Assembly: GCA_001179505.1 (NCBI GenBank)
Contig: CDMY01000117.1
Coordinates: 62,001 to 126,000, forward strand
Reading direction: 5' to 3'
Source of the DNA: Vitrella brassicaformis CCMP3155
Lineage: Eukaryota > Protista > Chromerida
DNA length: 64,000 nt
Below, piece by piece: positions 37,801 through 51,000 of this stretch. The first letter of the stretch is position 1. Every line of letters begins with the position of its first letter. The notes below the pieces were generated by a model. The model saw only the letters and a list, made by a program, of their open reading frames with translations. It was not told where the DNA came from and searched no databases. The translations under genes were made by a program, and so were the position numbers.

Positions 37801-40119
37801 GGTGTGGGTATCTTGGGTTTGGCGTTGCTCTTGACTAGGCTGCTTGGCCCCTGCCCGTGGGGGCCCTGGGATGCTGCGGGTGTGGCGGGCCCTGAGGGCA
37901 TGCTGAGGGGGAGGAGCGAGTCTCTCTTCTGCGATCGGTGCTGCGAGCTCTTCATGGGGGTCTGGCTCTGCTTCAACACTGCCAGCATCCACACAAGACA
38001 GACAGACACACAATGGCAAAAATGGATGCATGGAATTTCGTCATTATTACCTTCCTGGGACGCCTGCAAACTCCGGTCATGGCCACCCGCAGCCGCAGCA
38101 GCCGCAGCTGAGATGAAAGAAACGCACCGACAGCAAAGAAAACAGGACACATACAATTGTATGATCCAACCCCCCCCNNNNNNNNNNNNNNNNNNNNNNN
38201 NNNNNNNNNNNNNNNNNNNNNNNNNNNNNNNNNNNNNNNNNNNNNNNNNNNNNNNNNNNNNNNNNNNNNNNNNNNNNNNNNNNNNNNNNNNNNNNNNNNN
38301 NNNNNNNNNNNNNNNNNNNNNNNNNNNNNNNNNNNNNNNNNNNNNNNNNNNNNNNNNNNNNNNNNNNNNNNNNNNNNNNNNNNNNNNNNNNNNNNNNNNN
38401 NNNNNNNNNNNNNNNNNNNNNNNNNNNNNNNNNNNNNNNNNNNNNNNNNNNNNNNNNNNNNNNNNNNNNNNNNNNNNCCTCCCGGTCACGCACCTGCGGC
38501 AGCAGGAGGCGCCGCCCCCATGCCCATGTCCGGTTGTTCCTGGTGGTCCTTCTTCAACTTGGCTATGATCTCTGCGCACTTGTTTGGCGGTGGTGTGTCG
38601 TTCATCTTCTTGCGCAGGTTTAGGTCGGAGGGCTGGTGGTCCTTCTTGGGCGGGGTGGGGATCTTGGAGGGGCTGAGCCCGCGGCGGGAAGACTCGTAGT
38701 TCTCACGCATGCGCTCGACGTGGCCGGGGGTGATGCACCCGTCAGCTCGCAGACGGGCACCTGTCAGATAGATGCGTGGCATGGATGGATGGAAAGAGCT
38801 CATATACGACCATTCGTGAGTCGTGTTGTCTGCGTGGCTGTGTGTGTCTGTGTTGGTCGCGCGAGCGTACCGTCTTGGTACTTGGAGGGCGTTCTGTTGC
38901 GTGAGGGCGGGGTGGCGGGCAGCCGGGACGGGGGCACGACCTCAGCCGCTGCAGCAGCAGCAGCTGCCGCCACAGCAACCTCGCCTGAAGAGCAAAGAAG
39001 GCAACAAGGGCCGATTGTGAATCGTGAACAGCCTCCCTCCCTCCCTCCCTCCCGTGCATTGGTGGCTTCTTATGTGCCCACCCGACGGCTGCTGGCTTTT
39101 GGCGACTCCTTCCTCCTCTAGGGGTTTGTCGGCCGCCACAGCCTCCTCTGGCTTGGTCGCCTGCGCCGCAGCAGCGGCACTCTCCCCCTTGTCCTCGCCC
39201 TCGCCGCCATCCCGCGCCACGTCAGGCCTCTCAACATCCATCCCAACCTCTGACAGACACACACATAGAGAGAGAATGCCCAGCCCACACAGTGGCAGTG
39301 ACTATCCTTCTTGCTCACCTACTGCTACGTCCCCCTTTCCCTTGTCCTCCCCCTCGCCGCCAGCCCCCCTTTTGGTCCGCTTGATGGAGCGGCTCCCCTC
39401 CTTCTCACCGGCCAACACACTCCGGGGCGACAATCCACGCTTGTCACCCACGTCAACACCCACGCCCACACCCACTCCTGCAGCTGCTGCAGCCGATAAT
39501 TCCACAGCCCCAGCCCCACTCGCATCCGCCCCGGCAGCGCCCTCCATGTCAGCGGCAGCCGCAGCAGCGGCCGCATCCGGCATTGGCATGTCTTGCTCTC
39601 GCTGCTGCTGCTGTTGTTGCTGCTGCTGGTCTTCTGTCGGAGGCTCCTCCTGCTGCTTCTGCTGGGGTGCCGCTGCTGGTGCTGGTGCTGGTGCGGGGTG
39701 TGGGGGGTGCAGGGGTGAGTAGGGCCCGACGTGGCGGCCATCCAGATCCGCGCGGGAGACCTCGCGATGGGCACTCTGCAGCAAATGCAGCCGCTGACAA
39801 CACACGGACACACGGATTGCACGACGAAACACGCCATCTGGTCCGTATCGGAGCCAGCTTTCCCTCCCTGACCGCTTACCCTTCGCGGATCCGGCTGCTC
39901 GGCGTTGAAGGTCCTCTGGTAGTCATCTACGATCTGCTGCATCTTCTCGGGATCATTCCCAGCCGCCAGAAGCCGCTGCCAGTGGCGGCGCAGCTCCTTC
40001 CGCGACGATGCCGCCTTCTGCTGGATGCACTGGACGGCCTCGCTGCCCACGCACTGCGCCAGAGAGGCCACCTGGCCCACCAGGGCCAACACGCGGTGGC
40101 TCTCGGCATTGTCCGCCAT
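33908..40119 (-). CDS. INCENP-like chromosomal passenger protein (C-terminal Aurora-binding IN-box); model spans two assembly gaps
   Basis: DNYELTD..|..KKFVPAWCA|..RQLDWDPDTIFG...VVNLK|..RPRRSSAVWKGRD|RLTIDEVRCY matches the IN-box (P.W..Q..DPD.IFG...L...R.SSA.W..D.L). Continuity up to the 40119 ATG is inferred across the gaps. Confidence 0.7.
36483..36782. other. Assembly gap (300 N)
   Basis: N run preceded by a poly-C tract. Confidence 1.
38178..38477. other. Assembly gap (300 N)
   Basis: N run preceded by a poly-C tract. Confidence 1.
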
Positions 40120-40269
40120 CGCACCTCACACAGACAGCGACGCTACGCACCAACGACTAGAAACACACTCATGGGATCCACCGCATCAGTCGTGGGCGCC
40201 GTGGTCCTGCGCCGTCCTTCTATCGGCTCGCGACTCCGCGGCCAGCTTATCCTGGCTGGCTGCGAAGAG
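40120..40269. promoter_or_regulatory. Putative bidirectional promoter, INCENP-like / PSF2 (~150 bp)
   Basis: Divergent start codons at 40119 (-) and 40270 (+). Similar head-to-head pairs occur at 10493/10623, 29951/30156, 43621/43750, 52489/53017 and 59906/59969. Confidence 0.5.
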
Positions 40270-41500
40270 ATGGTAGATCTGTGTTTGGGAGATCTGCAGA
40301 ACTATGCGGAGGAGGTCAAGGTGACGGTGCTGCCCAACTTCAGAGCGTCCACCGTCAACCTCAGCAGTGTGAGATCCGACGCATCAAACGGACGGATGGA
40401 TGGATGGCAGGGCATGTCTGTGTGTGTGGATATCGATGTGTGTGCCACACACAACCAGGGTCATGTGGGTCCGTTCCGCGAGAATACCGAGATGGAGGTG
40501 CCGCTGTGGCTGGCCCGTGAGATGCACAAGGCCCGGAAGGTGGTGCACATCAACCCGCCGGCATGGCTCAACAAAGGTAGGCAGACATCGCTGGCTGTGG
40601 CCTGCAGCAAGGGAGGCCGTCCATCCACTGCGACAGACAGAGAATCCGTGTGTCTGCCTGTGTTGCTGCTGTTGCTGCCGTTCTTGTCAGTGACGCTGCA
40701 GGCGATGGTAGAGTATGAGAGGACCAAGCCGGACTTCTGCCGGCTGCCCGAAGACGTATACGAAGTCGGCTTCACCTTCGTCAAAGAGTGAGGGAGGGAG
40801 GGAGAGGGGCCAGGAGGGCGCCGCAGGGGGACAGAGAGCACATTGTGGGTGTGCCTTCTTCGTCTGTCTGTTTGTCTGTTTGTTTGTCTGTTTCTTTGTC
40901 TGTTCGCAGGATGTCGAAATACCTCGAGCACCCGAAGGACATCAGGAGTGAGTGGGGGCTGACACTCATACAAATGCGGCGGAGGGGTGGATAGCCATCC
41001 TGACTGCTGTGCTGTTTCTGGTGTGTGTGTGTGTGTGTAGGGCTGATTGAGGAGTTGCTGGAGTTGCGACTCAAGAAGATGTTCGACGGTCGGTGATGTC
41101 ACGACCCTCTCACGCCACGACGCAGGGAGTGCCAGAGAGCCGTGTGTCTGTGTCTGTGTGTGTGTCAGGTCTGCAGGCGATGGATCAGGAGGTCAAGTCT
41201 GTCCACGTAAGCCAGAAAGAAAAACCCGGAAGACATCCAGCCATCCGTCGGCCCACGCGTGAGGCCTCAATCAGATGAACGGCTTGACGCCCATCGAGGC
41301 CCACATGATTGGGTAGGGTGAATGAAGAAGCGGGTGGCCACACACTTTACTTTTATGTGCGATGGATGCGTGTGGTGTCTATGTCCATTCCATTCCATGT
41401 GTGTGTGGCTGGGCTGCAATGCAGTGACATAATGAGTGGCGTCATGGACATCCACGCGGCCATCGAGGCATGGTTCGCACACAGAGGTCAGTGGAGATGA
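40270..41500 (+). CDS. PSF2: GINS complex subunit Psf2
   Basis: AEEVKVTVLPNF; VGPFRENTEMEVPLWLA...HINPPAWL; F..LP...YE; LRLKKM; MNGLTPIEAHMI. Confidence 0.85.
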
Positions 41501-41699
41501 TGGGTAGGAGCTGGAGGGGGGGAGGGATGGCCGACGAACCTTTCTCCTTCTGTCTGTCTGTCTGGCTGGCTGGCTTTGCGGCCGGGTGCCATCAGTTCCG
41601 CCCAAAACGTCCACGCAGTCCGGCGGGCAATCGACAGCGAACCGGACATTCGGTGGACTCGGAAGTCAGCCATACACACACTCACACACACACACACAT

Positions 41700-42153
41700 A
41701 CAAACCAAACAAGAGGCTATCTGTTCTGTGGCTGGCTGTTCTTCTCTTCTCATGGGTTGAAGGCGCATCTGCAGGCGCATCTGCGAGTGGCGCGAGCGGC
41801 AGCGGCCGAAGTAGATGAGTGCAGTGCAGTGCAGTGCAGTGCGTGTGGGTGTGGGTGTGGGGGTGTCGATACGATGGTGGTGAGGACGCCTCTCGTGGCT
41901 GGCTTCTCGCGCTCAACTCGTTTTCAAAATGTCACCTCACGCACCGCACGCACACCAAAGATAAAAGTTCAAAAGGATCGTCACACCTCAGCACCCCTGG
42001 CACCCAATGCACACCACACGTGAAATCTGCCGGCCCATCTATACACACATCATCACGCCACGCCCTGCCCTCAGTCTGAGTCCGGTAGCATGGCTGCATT
42101 CTTGATCCGAGACACACGGTCGCGAACCACAGGAGCCTGACGACGACTGCACC

Positions 42154-42187
<34 letters not shown>

Positions 42188-43621
42188 ATGACTCGCAGCT
42201 CTCCACAGTGTATCCATCCTACTCTCGTGTGGCATCTCCCACGAGGCCATCCCGTATCTTGACAGGCGAGGGCGACTCATCGCTCTCCAGGCCCATCTCC
42301 TGACGCCACCCCTCCCTACCCCTGCCCCCACCCCCGCCCCCACCCCCACCCTCTGCCCTGGACCGCACAGGCGTCCTCGCCTCCTCCCTCTCATCGCTGT
42401 CCACATCTTTCTTGGGCTTGACAGTCACCCTTTCTGCCAAAGATGACGTCGTGAACAGAGGCGAGTCGTCGGGCGGCTGCTGCTGCTGCTGCTGCTCTGG
42501 TCTGGTGGGAGGGCCAGAGGAGGGGGGCGGCCTGGGCGCGGTGGTGGTCGTGACGGTTATCTTGGGAGCGGGCGGCTTCTGGGTGGTGGGGGGTGCGCGA
42601 TGGGCGTTGCCGGCTGCTGCTGCTGGTGGTGGCCTGGGCTGCCCCTGGAGAAGGAAAAGGGACAGCGAATGTCTGGCGCATTTCCCTGTATGCGGTAGCT
42701 GCTGCCTGGTACCTGCTTCAGCATCGTGATTTGAGCCCTCAGGTCGCTCAGCTCCCTCTGAAGCGTCGACAGCTGCGTGAGTGAAGAGAGCCAAGGAAGC
42801 GGAGCATCCGCAATAAAATGCAGACGGGCCATCAATCTGAGTCTGTGTGTGCATCGCATCGCCCACCCCACCTGCATGGCCTCAGCAGCGCCGTCACCGG
42901 GCTGGTGCACCCCCTTGCCCCTGCGCAGCCTCTGCAGCCTGCCCCTGTTGTCGTCGATTTGTTTCCGCAGCCTGTCGGCCTCTACGGTCTGCCACTGAGG
43001 CAACAGAGCCTGACAGGACACAGTCAGTCCGCGCACAGCACAGACAAAGAAAGGCCACAAAGCCACAGATGAACATTGCATAACTGTGGAGCCAGGTCAG
43101 GTCAGCGGGGCTGGCTGGCTGACCAGGACGGCTTCCTCGTAGGTCTTCTTGGTCTGTTGCAGCCTCCTCCTGCCCCGCACCCGCCCCGCCATCATACCCC
43201 CAGCGCCACCCACCAGCGCATTGTCCAAAGCCTTGGTCAGCTCCTCGTTGCGCTGACGGGCGTCACGCTCCTCCTGACGCAACAACTCGGCACGACGGCT
43301 GAGAGAACTGAGTGAGGCAGAGAGGGCGATGAATGCGCCATACAGGGCGTTGCCACATTGCTAAGTGGGCGTTGTGTGTGAGGGCGAGAGGCTTACAGGT
43401 TGGTATAGAAGCCCTCCCTGTCTATGTGCCGGGCTCTGCGGTCAGCATGCGCCAACAGAACATGGCGCCGCTGCTCCCTGATGCCACAAACACAACACAA
43501 CAACAGCCCATCCTTCAGAAGAGCACAATGACACGGATACTCATACTTACAATTCGTCATATCGTCCCCCAAGGGCCTCTATCCGGCTCTGACGTCGACA
43601 AACAGGGGCTGGCTGGAGCAT
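41700..43621 (-). CDS. Hypothetical coiled-coil / low-complexity protein (3' end uncertain)
   Basis: In-phase exons RIEALGGRYDEL|EQRRHVLL...|..LLRQEERDARQRNEELTKAL..|..EADRLRKQIDDNRGRLQRL..|LSTLQRELSDLRAQITMLKQ|GQPRPPP... Confidence 0.5.
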
Positions 43622-43749
43622 TCCAACTGCCTTCCCCCTTCTGTGCGAGCTTTTGGCCCAGATGATGGCCGGGAGCTCGCTCACGTCGAGAAGAAAAAAA
43701 GTTCTGCTTTCCGCGTTTCGCATCGCTATTGACGTTTGCTGGTTGTGAG

Positions 43750-44806
43750 ATGGCGTCCACTGAGCCTCAGGTTACCCATCCACCATCCACCGTCACCATC
43801 ACCATCCACCACCTGACGTGATGCTGTTGTGGTGTCGGTGTGCAGGCCACCACTGCTGCGTCCGCTGCGGCGCCCGCGTCCGTGTACAGCTACCCGCCCG
43901 GTAAGCCGACAGGGAGGGAGGGAAGATCTCCTCCGCCAGAACAGGCAGATCAGGAGAGATCTGACGAGATCTGTGGACAGAGAGGCGGGAAGGCGTGTCG
44001 GGAAGCCAGCCAAGGCCGCCATATGTGTGTGTATGGTCTCTTTTTCTCTCCTTTGTCCTTCTTTCAGTAGATCCGTCGTCTGCAGGTTTCAGCTACGGCG
44101 TGTACCCGTCGCCTTACGGCATTCCGGCGGCTGGTCCCTACGGGTACCCGGCCTACCCCCCGGTCCCCGGCGCATACCCCGGTGCTCCTGGCGTCGCTGC
44201 TCCCACCGTGGCCACGGCTGCGGGCAGCGGGGCCGGTGCTCCCACTGCCACCACCACTGGCGAAGGCACCGGAGTCCAGAGCACTGAGGTGAGTGAGCTT
44301 TGGGGAGGGGGGAGGGAAACAGGGATAGGATGGATGGGATGCGTGGGCGGTGTGGATGGTGTGGATGGTGTGGTGTGTTGGTGCAGGCTGGTAGCATTGG
44401 TGCGGTCGGTTCGAGTGCTGCGCCGCCCGCCATGACCACCACCGCATACGCCGCCCCATCGGTACGCACACACACCCACACCCACACACACACACACACT
44501 GCACATGAGATCTGCACCACCACCACCACCACCACCACCACACAGACACATCCCCGCCTGTTGCTGTGCTGCCTGTGTGTGTGTTGGTGTCGTGCAGGCC
44601 TACTACCCGGGCTACTACCCCGGCACCGACCCCTATGGTGAGCTGAGATACACACGATGGACACACACATATGAAAGGTGCCATTGCCATTGCCGCTGGA
44701 TGCATGTGTGTGTGTGTGTGTGTCAGGTGGGTTCTACTACCCCGGCCTGGCTTCCATGGCCCCGCCGCCCAAGCAGCGACAGCCCAAGAGCAAATATTGC
44801 TGCTGA
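43750..44806 (+). CDS. Small Pro/Tyr/Gly/Ala-rich protein ending in basic-CC (putatively lipid-anchored)
   Basis: Six exons splice in phase: MASTEPQ|ATTAAS..YSYPP|DPSSAGFSYGVYPSPY..|AGSIGAV..|AYYPGYYPGTDPY|GGFYYPGLASMAPPPKQRQPKSKYCC*. Confidence 0.8.
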
Positions 44807-47800
44807 ACACCACACACACCCACCCACACACACACATAGCCCCAGAAGATAGCATGGACCCACCGACGATAGCAGACACCTGATAGGCACCACTCGGTAG
44901 AATGCACGTGTGACTGACTGGATGGATGGATGGATGGCTGTCTTTTTGTTTGTCTGGAGCTCTCGTCTCTTTCTTTCCCCACACAAGTGTGCTGTGCGTG
45001 GGGTTGGGTGTATCCATGGGTTTTGGACACACCTTGAGCAGCAGCGGTTTTGACACGCATCATGATGTGTGTGCCGTTGTGGATGGTTTGGTTTCCGAGC
45101 TCAGCGCAGCTGGCTGATACACACCCATACGTAGGCGAACACTTTCTCTCTCTCTGCCTGCGTGCCTGCCATCGATACGGGTGGTGTGCGGTGTGTATGA
45201 CGTAGCCCCGTAGCTCTCCTGCATTGCATGCTTGACACACACACATGGATGGATGGATGGATGGATGGATGGAATGACACACAACAGACACATCGGCCGG
45301 CTGTCCCTCCTCTTCCTCCCCCCCTCCTCTCTGTGTCGTGCTGCCTCTTGAACTCGCCATGTGGGTGGACACTCCACGGCGACGGGGGACGCATACACAG
45401 AGAGAGAGAGAAGGGCAGCGAGGTGGGCAGACCGACCGACCGGTCGGTTGTCTTGTCTTGTTGTTTTTCTCAATGAGATATCGGTAGCCAGCTCTACGGG
45501 AGCGAGGGAAGTGCAGTTAAAGACAGACAGACAGATACAGCCCACGGCAATCATGAGGACGCACACACACATAATATGCGGTATGGATGATATCCCCTTC
45601 GTACGCTGCCTGCCTGTCTGTCTGTCTGTCTGTGTGTCGGTCGCTTGCAAGGCATGTCCTGCTGGCAGTTTGGCTGATTCGCGTGTGTGCATGTGTGTGT
45701 GTGTGTGTGTGTTGAGAGGTAGGTTGAATGGGGTGAGGGTGAGGGTGAGGGAGGGGAGGGGATCTTCTAGGGACCTGGAGCGGACAAAGAGACAGAGAGA
45801 GACCCTGATCGACCGAAGCAGCACTGAATGCATTGCAATGCACACACACGTCTATATGACAGATAGAGAATGGTCTTCATCTCTCTCTTCTGCCAGGCCA
45901 GTTTTCTCAGTTAACTGACTGGTCAATCGATCGAGCCATCGCCCGATGGCATCAAAGCACACCACCACACACAGATAAAGCCAAAGCACACAGCACAACA
46001 CACCCACTACACCCACACACACACACACTGCACATGAGATCTGCACCACCACCACCACCACACAGACACATCCCCGCCTGTTGCTGTGCTGCCTGTGTGT
46101 GTGTTGGTGTCGTGCAGGCCTACTACCCGGGCTACTACCCCGGCACCGACCCCTATGGTGAGCTGAGATACACACGATGGACACACACATATGAAAGGTG
46201 CCATTGCCATTGCCGCTGGATGCATGTGTGTGTGTGTGTGTGTCAGGTGGGTTCTACTACCCCGGCCTGGCTTCCATGGCCCCGCCGCCCAAGCAGCGAC
46301 AGCCCAAGAGCAAATATTGCTGCTGAACACCACACACACCCACCCACACACACACATAGCCCCAGAAGATAGCATGGACCCACCGACGATAGCAGACACC
46401 TGATAGGCACCACTCGGTAGAATGCACGTGTGACTGACTGGATGGATGGATGGATGGCTGTCTTTTTGTTTGTCTGGAGCTCTCGTCTCTTTCTTTCCCC
46501 ACACAAGTGTGCTGTGCGTGGGGTTGGGTGTATCCATGGGTTTTGGACACACCTTGAGCAGCAGCGGTTTTGACACGCATCATGATGTGTGTGCCGTTGT
46601 GGATGGTTTGGTTTCCGAGCTCAGCGCAGCTGGCTGATACACACCCATACGTAGGCGAACACTTTCTCTCTCTCTGCCTGCGTGCCTGCCATCGATACGG
46701 GTGGTGTGCGGTGTGTATGACGTAGCCCCGTAGCTCTCCTGCATTGCATGCTTGACACACACACATGGATGGATGGATGGATGGATGGATGGAATGACAC
46801 ACAACAGACACATCGGCCGGCTGTCCCTCCTCTTCCTCCCCCCCTCCTTTCTGTGTCGTGCTGCCTCTTGAACTCGCCATGTGGGTGGACACTCCACGGC
46901 GACGGGGGACGCATACACANNNNNNNNNNNNNNNNNNNNNNNNNNNNNNNNNNNNNNNNNNNNNNNNNNNNNNNNNNNNNNNNNNNNNNNNNNNNNNNNN
47001 NNNNNNNNNNNNNNNNNNNNNNNNNNNNNNNNNNNNNNNNNNNNNNNNNNNNNNNNNNNNNNNNNNNNNNNNNNNNNNNNNNNNNNNNNNNNNNNNNNNN
47101 NNNNNNNNNNNNNNNNNNNNNNNNNNNNNNNNNNNNNNNNNNNNNNNNNNNNNNNNNNNNNNNNNNNNNNNNNNNNNNNNNNNNNNNNNNNNNNNNNNNN
47201 NNNNNNNNNNNNNNNNNNNATGGATGGATGGATGGATGGAATGACACACAACAGACACATCGGCCGGCTGTCCCTCCTCTTCCTCCCCCCCTCCTTTCTG
47301 TGTCGTGCTGCCTCTTGAACTCGCCATGTGGGTGGACACTCCACGGCGACGGGGGACGCATACACAGAGAGAGAGAGAAGGGCAGCGAGGTGGGCAGACC
47401 GACCGACCGGTCGGTTGTCTTGTCTTGTTGTTTTTCTCAATGAGATATCGGTAGCCAGCTCTACGGGAGCGAGGGAAGTGCAGTTAAAGACAGACAGACA
47501 GATACAGCCCACGGCAATCATGAGGACGCACACACACATAATATGCGGTATGGATGATATCCCCTTCGTACGCTGCCTGCCTGTCTGTCTGTCTGTCTGT
47601 GTGTCGGTCGCTTGCAAGGCATGTCCTGCTGGCAGTTTGGCTGATTCGCGTGTGTGCATGTGTGTGTGTGTGTGTGTGTTGAGAGGTAGGTTGAATGGGG
47701 TGAGGGTGAGGGTGAGGGTGAGGGAGGGGAGGGGATCTTCTAGGGACCTGGAGCGGACAAAGAGACAGAGAGAGACCCTGATCGACCGAAGCAGCACTGA

Positions 47801-48000
47801 ATGCATTGCAATGCACACACACGTCTATATGACAGATAGAGAATGGTCTTCATCTCTCTCTTCTGCCAGGCCAGTTTTCTCAGTTAACTGACTGGTCAAT
47901 CGATCGAGCCATCGCCCGATGGCATCAAAGCACACCACCACACACAGATAAAGCCAAAGCACACAGCACAACACACCCACTACACCCACACACACACACA
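44490..48000 (+). repeat. ~1,520-bp tandem duplication (copy 1 ~44490-46020; copy 2 ~46020-48000, interrupted by a gap)
   Basis: Identical ORFs at 44671 and 46191 (offset 1520). Differences are mostly microsatellite lengths. Breakpoints lie in (CA)n tracts. Confidence 0.9.
46920..47219. other. Assembly gap (300 N) whose flanks overlap by ~147 bp
   Basis: Sequence at ~46773-46919 recurs at 47220-~47366. The offset from copy 1 is 1967 = 1520+300+147, so the gap is probably spurious. Confidence 0.85.
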
Positions 48001-48007
48001 AGTGCCC

Positions 48008-51000
48008 TCACCATATTCTGTCCCTGAGATCCCCCTGGTGCGACATAGCACGCGACAGCTGCGGCACGGCAGTCGACGGCTGCCCGCGGGGCGGCGCCAA
48101 AGACGACAACAAGTCAGGACTAGACGGGGGACAAGACAAACCCCACGCAACGACACGCTTCACGTCATGCCTCGCCGCCTGTTCTCTTGCAACAGCCTCC
48201 CCACTCAAGGCAGCAGACGAGGGGCGGCATATGGACGTCGGCTGGGTGTTGGTGTCTTCATTGCATGGCGCGGCCGCCATCCGGCGGGAGGCGGGCCGAG
48301 GGGGGAGGGAGTGGGTGGCGCGGCTCTTCTCATCACTCACCCAGGCGTGACGAGGGGGCGGAGGGACAGCCTGGCAAACAAGGATGAGACACAGATGGAT
48401 GGATGGAGGATGGATGTCCTTGATCTGCCCACAGGAGCTTACTCACTCACCCTGCTGTAGTGCATCCACCCGCCGCCGCTGCCTTCTCCCTCCCCGTAGT
48501 CAGCAGTAGTGGTCAACGAGTCCACCGACGAAGCGCCCACAAACCGGTGCCGCCGCCTCTTCTCACCATGACCCTCCTCCATCCGCAGCACGTGATACGG
48601 CGCTGACGAGACGTTGTGCTGCTTGCCGCGGGACCTGCTCTGGGGCGGCAGTGGGGGTCGGCCGCGCTTGCTCTGTGCTGCTGGTGCTGATGCTCCTGTA
48701 AGGATGCGCTTGTAGTCGGTGTATCTCATGGTGGGTGAGGGGCCGCGGTGGGCCGATGGGGAGGGGGGGGCACGGCGGGGTGTGTCGAGGGAGCTGCGGC
48801 CGGGGTGGTGGAGCTTGGTCTGAGCAGACGACACGACGAAAGAAATGCAGAGAGAGACACACCACACCACACGTGGTGAATTGAATGGCGGGTCTGCTGT
48901 CCATGTGATGTGACGTGACCTACCTTACCTACCTGGGTTTTGTGTATGGGTGAGGACGGGGGCAGGGCCACTTTGCTGTGGAGGGGTTTTGTTGTTGTGC
49001 CTTGGAAGGGGTTCTTCTGCCGTGACAGGCCTTCACGCAACCCGGAAACGTCCGTCGTTGGGGTCACGGGGCGCTCACGGCGCCGACCTGGCATCACATC
49101 AATCCACCCACACCCATTGCACAACACAGAACAATCCCGTCACATACACAACAATGTCATGCGATCCCCCCTGTCCGTCTGTCTGTCCATCCCATCCTAC
49201 CTGGTGACGCCGGCCGTCCTCCCTCGGCCTTCCTGAGCGACGCTCGGGACTCCTTCCCACTGCCCTTCTCGCCGACCCCCCTGACGAGCGCCACATCACC
49301 CGCAGCGGGCGACAGCTGCTCAGAGACCATCCTGGGTGCGGCGGGCGCCCTGAGAGAGCACTCATCAGCATCGACAATGCTGTTGCTGCTCGACACAGCT
49401 GAGGGGGGCGGGGCGGGGGGGCAGAGGGCGAAGAGAGGGAGGCCGAAGGGCATGGTGGCGGTGCTGGTGAACCCATGCCTCTCCTGCATGATGTGTGTGG
49501 GTGGAAGGAAGTACCCCCTGTGCTGCGCGGCGAAGGGGTAGGAGGGCGTCTGCGGCCACTGGTGGTGGTGGTGGTGGTAGGAGGGGAAATGATGGCTGAC
49601 GCTATATGGCGGGTGCAGGGCCACACTCGCCATCAGAGCCGACGAGTGTTGGATGGCCGCCGGGTCGACGCTGTCGTCATCTGCCGCCGTGACGGCGGGG
49701 AGGGGAGGATGGTCTAGCATCATTTGTTGGCTGAGTGATGCCCTGAGGTCGTTGAGGGTGGTGGCCACATGTGCGACGGGAGACGCAATCGACGTGCTGC
49801 CAGTGTGCGCAGACTGCGAGCGGCTGGAGGGGCTCCGCGAGAGCATCACCTGGCCGCTCCCCGGCCTCACCTTCTCCCTCTCCCTCTCCCTCTCTCTGTC
49901 TCTCTCGTCTCGCTTGACCGGTGCGGCCGTCACGCCCTCCCAGGCCTTCTTCGCCGCCTCCAGGAAAGGCTGCATCTCGGTGGTGCGGGCGGGGGTGGGG
50001 TAGAGGCGTTTGAAGCGGCCGAGGTGTCTGTTCTCCCATCTGAGCCGCTCCTGCGCGATCCTGTCGATGTCAGCTCTCCGCTTGCGGAGCCGCTCTGCCC
50101 GCGACATCCGGAGGAACGGAGCCGAGATGCGCTGGTCGTGCTGGGCCTTGAGGAACTGACGATACCTGCACTCACGTACCGCACGGCACACACAGGCGGG
50201 ATGCTGCGTCTCTGTGTGGGTGCGTGTGTGTGCGGGCGTTGAGCTTACTTCCTTCTGTTATCGGCTTTGATGTCTGCGAGCCGGATGGCATCCTTGAGCA
50301 CGGCAAATTTGACCGTCTCGTCGAGCTCGCTGTCGACACCAAATGACGGGGAATGGTTCACCTGACCCCCAGGCACCACAGACACACAGACAGCTAATTT
50401 GCTGCCCCAAGACAGTATGTATGGTCAGCTGAGCTGCCCACCTCGAGCAGCCAGGGTCGGAATCTGTGATCGATGAGAATGTCGAAGCCGAGGACTTCGA
50501 AGCACGTGGCGTTGGAGAGGTCGTGGGGCTGGCAGCTGCGGTAGGCGTGCACCAGCTCCGGCTGCACCGACACGAGCGTCTTGACGATGATGTCCTCTAT
50601 CTGGCCCATCAGGCCCTCCACATCATAGCCCTAAACACCACCAAACACCACCAAACACCACACCACACCAGTCCACACCAGACACAACACATGCCCGCCC
50701 CTGAGTGTGTCTGCGTGTCTCTCTCCGTGTCTTCATCCCATGCACCTGCTGCTTGAGCCGATCGAGGACCGGCCGAAGGCTCCGCTTGTGTCCGTCCAGC
50801 GCATCAGCCGGCTTGGTGTTCTGCTCAAAGCCGTCGTTGGCCTTGTTGATTGCGTAGTTGGTGAGGTGCATGAAGGCCTGTCGGATGTTGCGCGTGGTCG
50901 GCCCCCGGTACTCCTCAGTCGCAAACCGGACCAAACCCTCCTCATGCAGGAAAATCTGCCGAAGACAGACATGATATCATATCGATGTTGGAGGGAGTGT

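Noticed and set aside
46773-47366. Apparent third copy of part of the 1.52-kb repeat
   Set aside because: It is explained by overlapping contig ends either side of a spurious 300-N gap.
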